Source of the DNA: Paraspadella gotoi
Taxonomy: Eukaryota > Animalia > Chaetognatha
Direction: 5' to 3'
NCBI GenBank assembly: GCA_051294375.1
Contig: CM119266.1
Coordinates: forward strand, 26,633,387-26,697,386
Length of the DNA: 64,000 nucleotides
A program made the position numbers and the translations under genes. The notes under the pieces are model-generated. The model was not told where the DNA came from, made no database searches, and saw only the letters and a list, made by a program, of their open reading frames with translations. Numbering within the stretch: position 1 is the first letter of the stretch; every line of letters begins with the position of its first letter. Positions 33,353 to 64,000 of this stretch are shown piece after piece.

Positions 33353-35801
33353 GCTAAACCAATTTAACTTTTTATCAGTCCGTTTTTAGACGCAATCCAA
33401 AGCGGAAACTGACAAACGCCATCATCAGCAGGCGTTAAAAATTGTTTATGAACCCCCAAAAAATAGTAAAATTTAATTCTTAAATATCACCAAAAAAGAG
33501 TTATCCAAAAATAAAGATATCTTCCTACCGAAAAAAAAAATATTGCAAAAGAAAAAAAACTTACTCTGTAATTCGCGATGCGTCGGACGACAAAAGAAAA
33601 AAAGTTGTGAAATCAAAAAAACGCGGCTCCTTTTAAACCGGAAGCGGCGATGGCGGCGGAGGAGGAAGAGGATGAGGATGAGGAAGAAAAGGAGTAAAAT
33701 GAGGAGGAGAAGGAAGAGAAAAAAGGAGGAGGCCGAGGAGATTTCTCGCCTAACGAACGCGTTAAGTCTCCGTTAATAGAAAAAGAGGACGCAATCCCGT
33801 CATACGTCCGTCTTCATTATCGGCGGATAATAACGCGGCGAAAGCGGATGGACCGGAAAGGGCGAAGCGTAAAGTATCTAGATTGTTCGTCCGAGTTTGA
33901 GCAAAGTGGATCGCCCAAGAGATGATAAGGCTGGGAATAAAATTTGTTCTTTAAAATTTAACACTCGACTGCTTCAAGTTCAGAAAGTTAATGTCTAAGT
34001 TCGGGAAAGTTTAAATGCCTCCACTTTGTACAAAATGTAACATTTAAAATTAAGAAAATGAATACCATTTACCTAATATGAGGTTTGAAAGTGAAATACT
34101 CTGTTTTAGTGGCAGATAATGCAACCTACTTGAAGGTAATGTTTGGATGTGTAACATTCTACTATTTGCAGGTAACTAAAAGCGGCAGAGATGGGAATAT
34201 TCTCTCTATGGTACATCGAGACCTTTAGACAATTATCACTATGGACTTAGAGTGATTTCATTTATTATTTTAACGAGTAAAGAAAGTAATTTCTATCATT
34301 TAATCCTTTTTTTATTATTTTTTTTAATGTTTTCTTTACTTCGCTTTTCGCAAATTTCTTCCAAGTGCTCCATCGACAACTATGGGCGCGAAAATACGAG
34401 ACACGAAGATGTGCGCGTCATCATAATCTTATCCTAACATTTATCTCTTATTCTAAGGGACCCCATTTTTTTCCTATTCTGTGTATTGCTCCCAAAAATT
34501 GTTAATTTCAAGACTTAAATTAAGTCTTAATTACTCTTTCCTATCAATTTTATTTCGAGATTTTAGCCAATCGCGCCCTCTGGAAAGTGTCGCCTCGACA
34601 TCGTAGGCGCATTTGACGTCGTGACGTCAATTGACTTTCGGTCCTTCGCGCGTGACGCTTAATCCCCGAGGAGTTGAGGGGATCCATCTTTTTTTATTTT
34701 GGAAGTGGGAGGCATGGCGTATTAGGGGGAGAGGAAAAAAAATAGAGCAATTGGGTTGACGTCTTTTGCGGCCGATTGGGTGGAAGCAAGATGGCGTTGC
34801 GACGGTCCGGTTGAGGATTTAGTAGCATCAGGAAAAAGAAAGTAATTGAGATGGCGAAGGAAAATTAGGGTCAAAAGAACTTGACTCTGATACAAACTAG
34901 AATAATGACACTAGCAATTTAATAATATTTTGAGATCAAACTTAAGTTCAAATATCCATTTAAGTTTTTACACCTTAAAAATCATATTATCATTAAATTA
35001 AATAAAACTAACCATTAAATTTAATATTTAAATAAAAATATATAACTTTTTATAGTTTGTTAAAATTTGTATTTGTATCTCGCAACTTTGGGATCATCGA
35101 CAGACGTCACAGAGACCCCACAGCTTATTATATTATTATATTATATTATTATATATTATATTATATTATGTGACATTTTGTTTCGGACCGGATTTCGAGG
35201 ACTTTTCCAGAAATTGACGAAAGTCGAAACGTTAAGCCGAGTTTGATCCCTTACATGTCATCGTTGCAGTGACAACGTTGATCCCAAGTTATCATTCTTC
35301 TATCATCGATACCTCGCCCTCATCGAGAGACGTGTTTACGACGAAAACGCTTAACTATTCGTTGGGTCAGCAGAGAAATAGGATCATGGTTCCGATTATG
35401 GAGATTTTAAGGCTGGTTTTAATAAAGGAGACAGAGTTTTCGACTCAAAACAAAGAGCTAGTTATAAAACTAGGGCAGAAGGTAACTTTTAACCTTGTGT
35501 TGTATAGATACATCCTCTATTTCCAAAAGACAACACACTAACATTCCTCTCCCCATTACACTAAATAAGAATATACTTATTATTTGGTACGTAGATCAAC
35601 CGCCCCGGAAAAAAAACACCAAATTTGGTACAAAATATAGTTTATTTCTAGTAAAAAAAAAAAAGAATCAAAAACCGAAAAACCAATTTTAAGAAAATAT
35701 ATGTATAAAAATAATTATCGGGATGCAACGTGATTTTTTAGTCGATGTATAAAAAAATATGAATCTCACCATAAAAAAAAAGGCAAAAGAGAAAAAGAAA
35801 C

Positions 35802-61846
<26,045 letters not shown>

Positions 61847-63119
61847 TTTCGCGTCGACGCCCCACGAGTGACGGTGTTTACGGCGGAAAAATGACGGAGA
61901 AAAAGTTTTAAATCATCGCGCGCAGATGAAAAGCAAAAAAAGTTGAAACGCCCCTTTTTTTATTGTTAATCGCGGTTGCGTAAAAGAGAGATTTTCTGAA
62001 ATTTTTTTTTTCCGGATTGCCAATATTCTTTGAGAACTTGCTTCTCTGGTTTAATAAATTACGTTTTATCATGCGTTTTATTAAAAGCTTAGCTCGGATT
62101 GCACTTTTTCCTGGGACACTTGTTGTCGCGCCCCAGATGATGAGGGAGACTAACTCTGTTCTGGGCGAATCAGACGACGGCCCGCACCAACTCAAAACAG
62201 TTTGCCTTTTGTTTTCAAGCCTTCTAGTTGCAACGACATCTCCCAAGTGCTAAGATATAACAGGACAGACACATATGAGCAATTTACTAGTTTACTTGCA
62301 ATCATAGCCCAGAGGTATTCGTGGCATGAATCAATTTGTCGAAAAGTCTACCACAATTTGATTTCATTCGCGTGCTTTTTGCCACGTGTCCTGGTTAGAA
62401 CGATTTGCATCATAAAACTCTACGTCGATATCTTTCGGGACTTTAAATTTCATCGCTATTCAACCAACTTTTTTATTTAGCATTTAATTTAAAATAATTA
62501 TAATATCGCTGACAATGACTTTGCTTTGCGCATAGCTTAGAACCGGTTCAGAAGGGTTCAAGGCTATCTGAGTATTTTTTGAGGGTCTCTTTACAGTGCT
62601 GACTTTACTCTTTCTCTCGTTTTGATTTATTCGACAAACAAAGCGATTTTGTTCGATCCGAAAAATGTATATACTTAATGATATATTTCTTTTTAATTAT
62701 TAATATTTGTGATAAAAAATATTGCTTTTTTAAATAAACGAAGGCAAAAAATTGGCATCCGAATTAACTTTTTCATCATTTAATCTTAGATAAGAAAAGT
62801 GGTGAAACATTTCAGGAAATCGTACGGGCCGACCGGCACAGTAATCTAACGGCTGATGTCGGTGAACTCGGCAGTTGAGACGACGGCCTCTGCTGATATG
62901 TCACATCTCAACTGAATGAAGGAAAAAAGATTCAAGAGGTTATTTAGTATAAATTTTGTCGGAATCAAGACTTGGAGGTAAAAATAAAATCCAGAAATTT
63001 GATCAGCAGAATTTATTGTAGAGAGCTCACCACAGCGTTGACGAAGAACTGTGTCACAATTATATTTTGCTTGTTTTGAAATATTTTTTTCTGTAGGTTA
63101 ATATAGGTTTATTGGGTTA

Positions 63120-63502
63120 AATTTTATTTTCGTCGACCGGGGTTTTGGCGTTTTTCAAAAAATCACTTAAAATATTTATTTTTTTTTAAATGTTATTTCG
63201 AGCTAATCGTTTTGTTATATTTAAAATTAATATTAAGTGAATTTTTTTTTTCTGACAGACAACGAACTTGTTTTTATTTTTAAAGAAAAAAATGTATATG
63301 TTTCGGCTAGTATGTTCGCCTGCATCATAACCTATTATTATTTTTCGCTGACGAAGGCGAGCATATTAGCTAAATTATGTACTTTTTTTTCCTTAAAAAT
63401 AAAAAAACAAACAATTTTATTTTATTTTAAAAAAAAACTTTAAAAAATTTAATTTATTATTTAAATTTATTACCATAAACCCCGGTTGGCGAAAATCAAA
63501 TT
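63120..63502. repeat. Palindromic MITE-like element
   Basis: aattttattttcgtcgaccggggttt ... aaaccccggttggcgaaaatcaaatt outer arms; inner core related to 10943-11160. Confidence 0.55.
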
Positions 63503-64000
63503 ATGCCGTTTATAGATCTATATGCCTAAGCTTCTAAAGAAAATTCTCTTTCCTTTAACATTTATTTAATAAATTGATCATAAAGTGAATCATGTAAATT
63601 TTTTTTGAATAGCAATTCACATTCAGTAGCGAAGTCGGTGGTTGAGTTTGCATTGAACAATAAAAAGAAAATCAAACGACAAACAAAAAAAATTATTTCC
63701 TTTTTTTTCGATCCAGACAGAATTTTAATTTTATCGAAGGGAAAAGTCAGAGAAAATGCGCACAAAATCTATCAGAATTTGAAGCGCTCAAATAAAAAAA
63801 AACAAAAACAAAAACATAAACGAAAAAAAGGAAAAAAATAAACATTAAAACTGTATAAGGAAAAACAAGTTGATGAAAAATGGTTCATTTCGACGATATT
63901 TTCGGTTACGTGGGCGAATGCGGAAGATATCAACTCTGGTAAGAAGAATGCGATTGTTTTCAGCCAAAATAGAATTGGATTTTTAAAGCTATATAAGTTA

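Noticed and set aside
34614-34630. CRE (TGACGTCA) upstream of the neuropeptide gene
   Set aside because: Plausible, but a single 8-mer ~2 kb from the ATG with unknown TSS is insufficient.

Overview
Gene-dense, intron-containing animal (bilaterian invertebrate-like) genomic DNA with GC-rich exons, AT-rich introns and many (GA)n microsatellites; the organism cannot be named from the sequence. Manual exon stitching gives, left to right: a Nox1-4-type NADPH oxidase (-), a divergent beta-TrCP-like F-box/WD40 gene (-), a Na+/K+-ATPase beta subunit (-), a single-exon HEPN-motif protein with a C-terminal membrane anchor (+), a syntaxin-1-like gene (-), a TPR-less Cyp40-like cyclophilin that appears to end in a CaaX box (-), and a 4-exon IPxRF/RY-amide neuropeptide precursor (-). 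The right half is one ~26-kb CLC chloride/proton exchanger gene (-) whose introns hold five nested genes. Three are on the host strand: two SLC35G/EamA paralogues and an acidic protein with a mitochondrial-type presequence. Two are antisense: an extended-synaptotagmin-like gene and an intron-containing gene resembling a retrotransposon Gag capsid. Repeats include a Penelope-like family, a hammerhead-like motif in a long hairpin, tRNA-derived SINEs, a hAT-type MITE with an 8-bp TSD and a structured 245-bp element. All family calls come from motifs recognised by eye, not database searches. Three single-base frame breaks and a 10-N gap suggest some consensus error.
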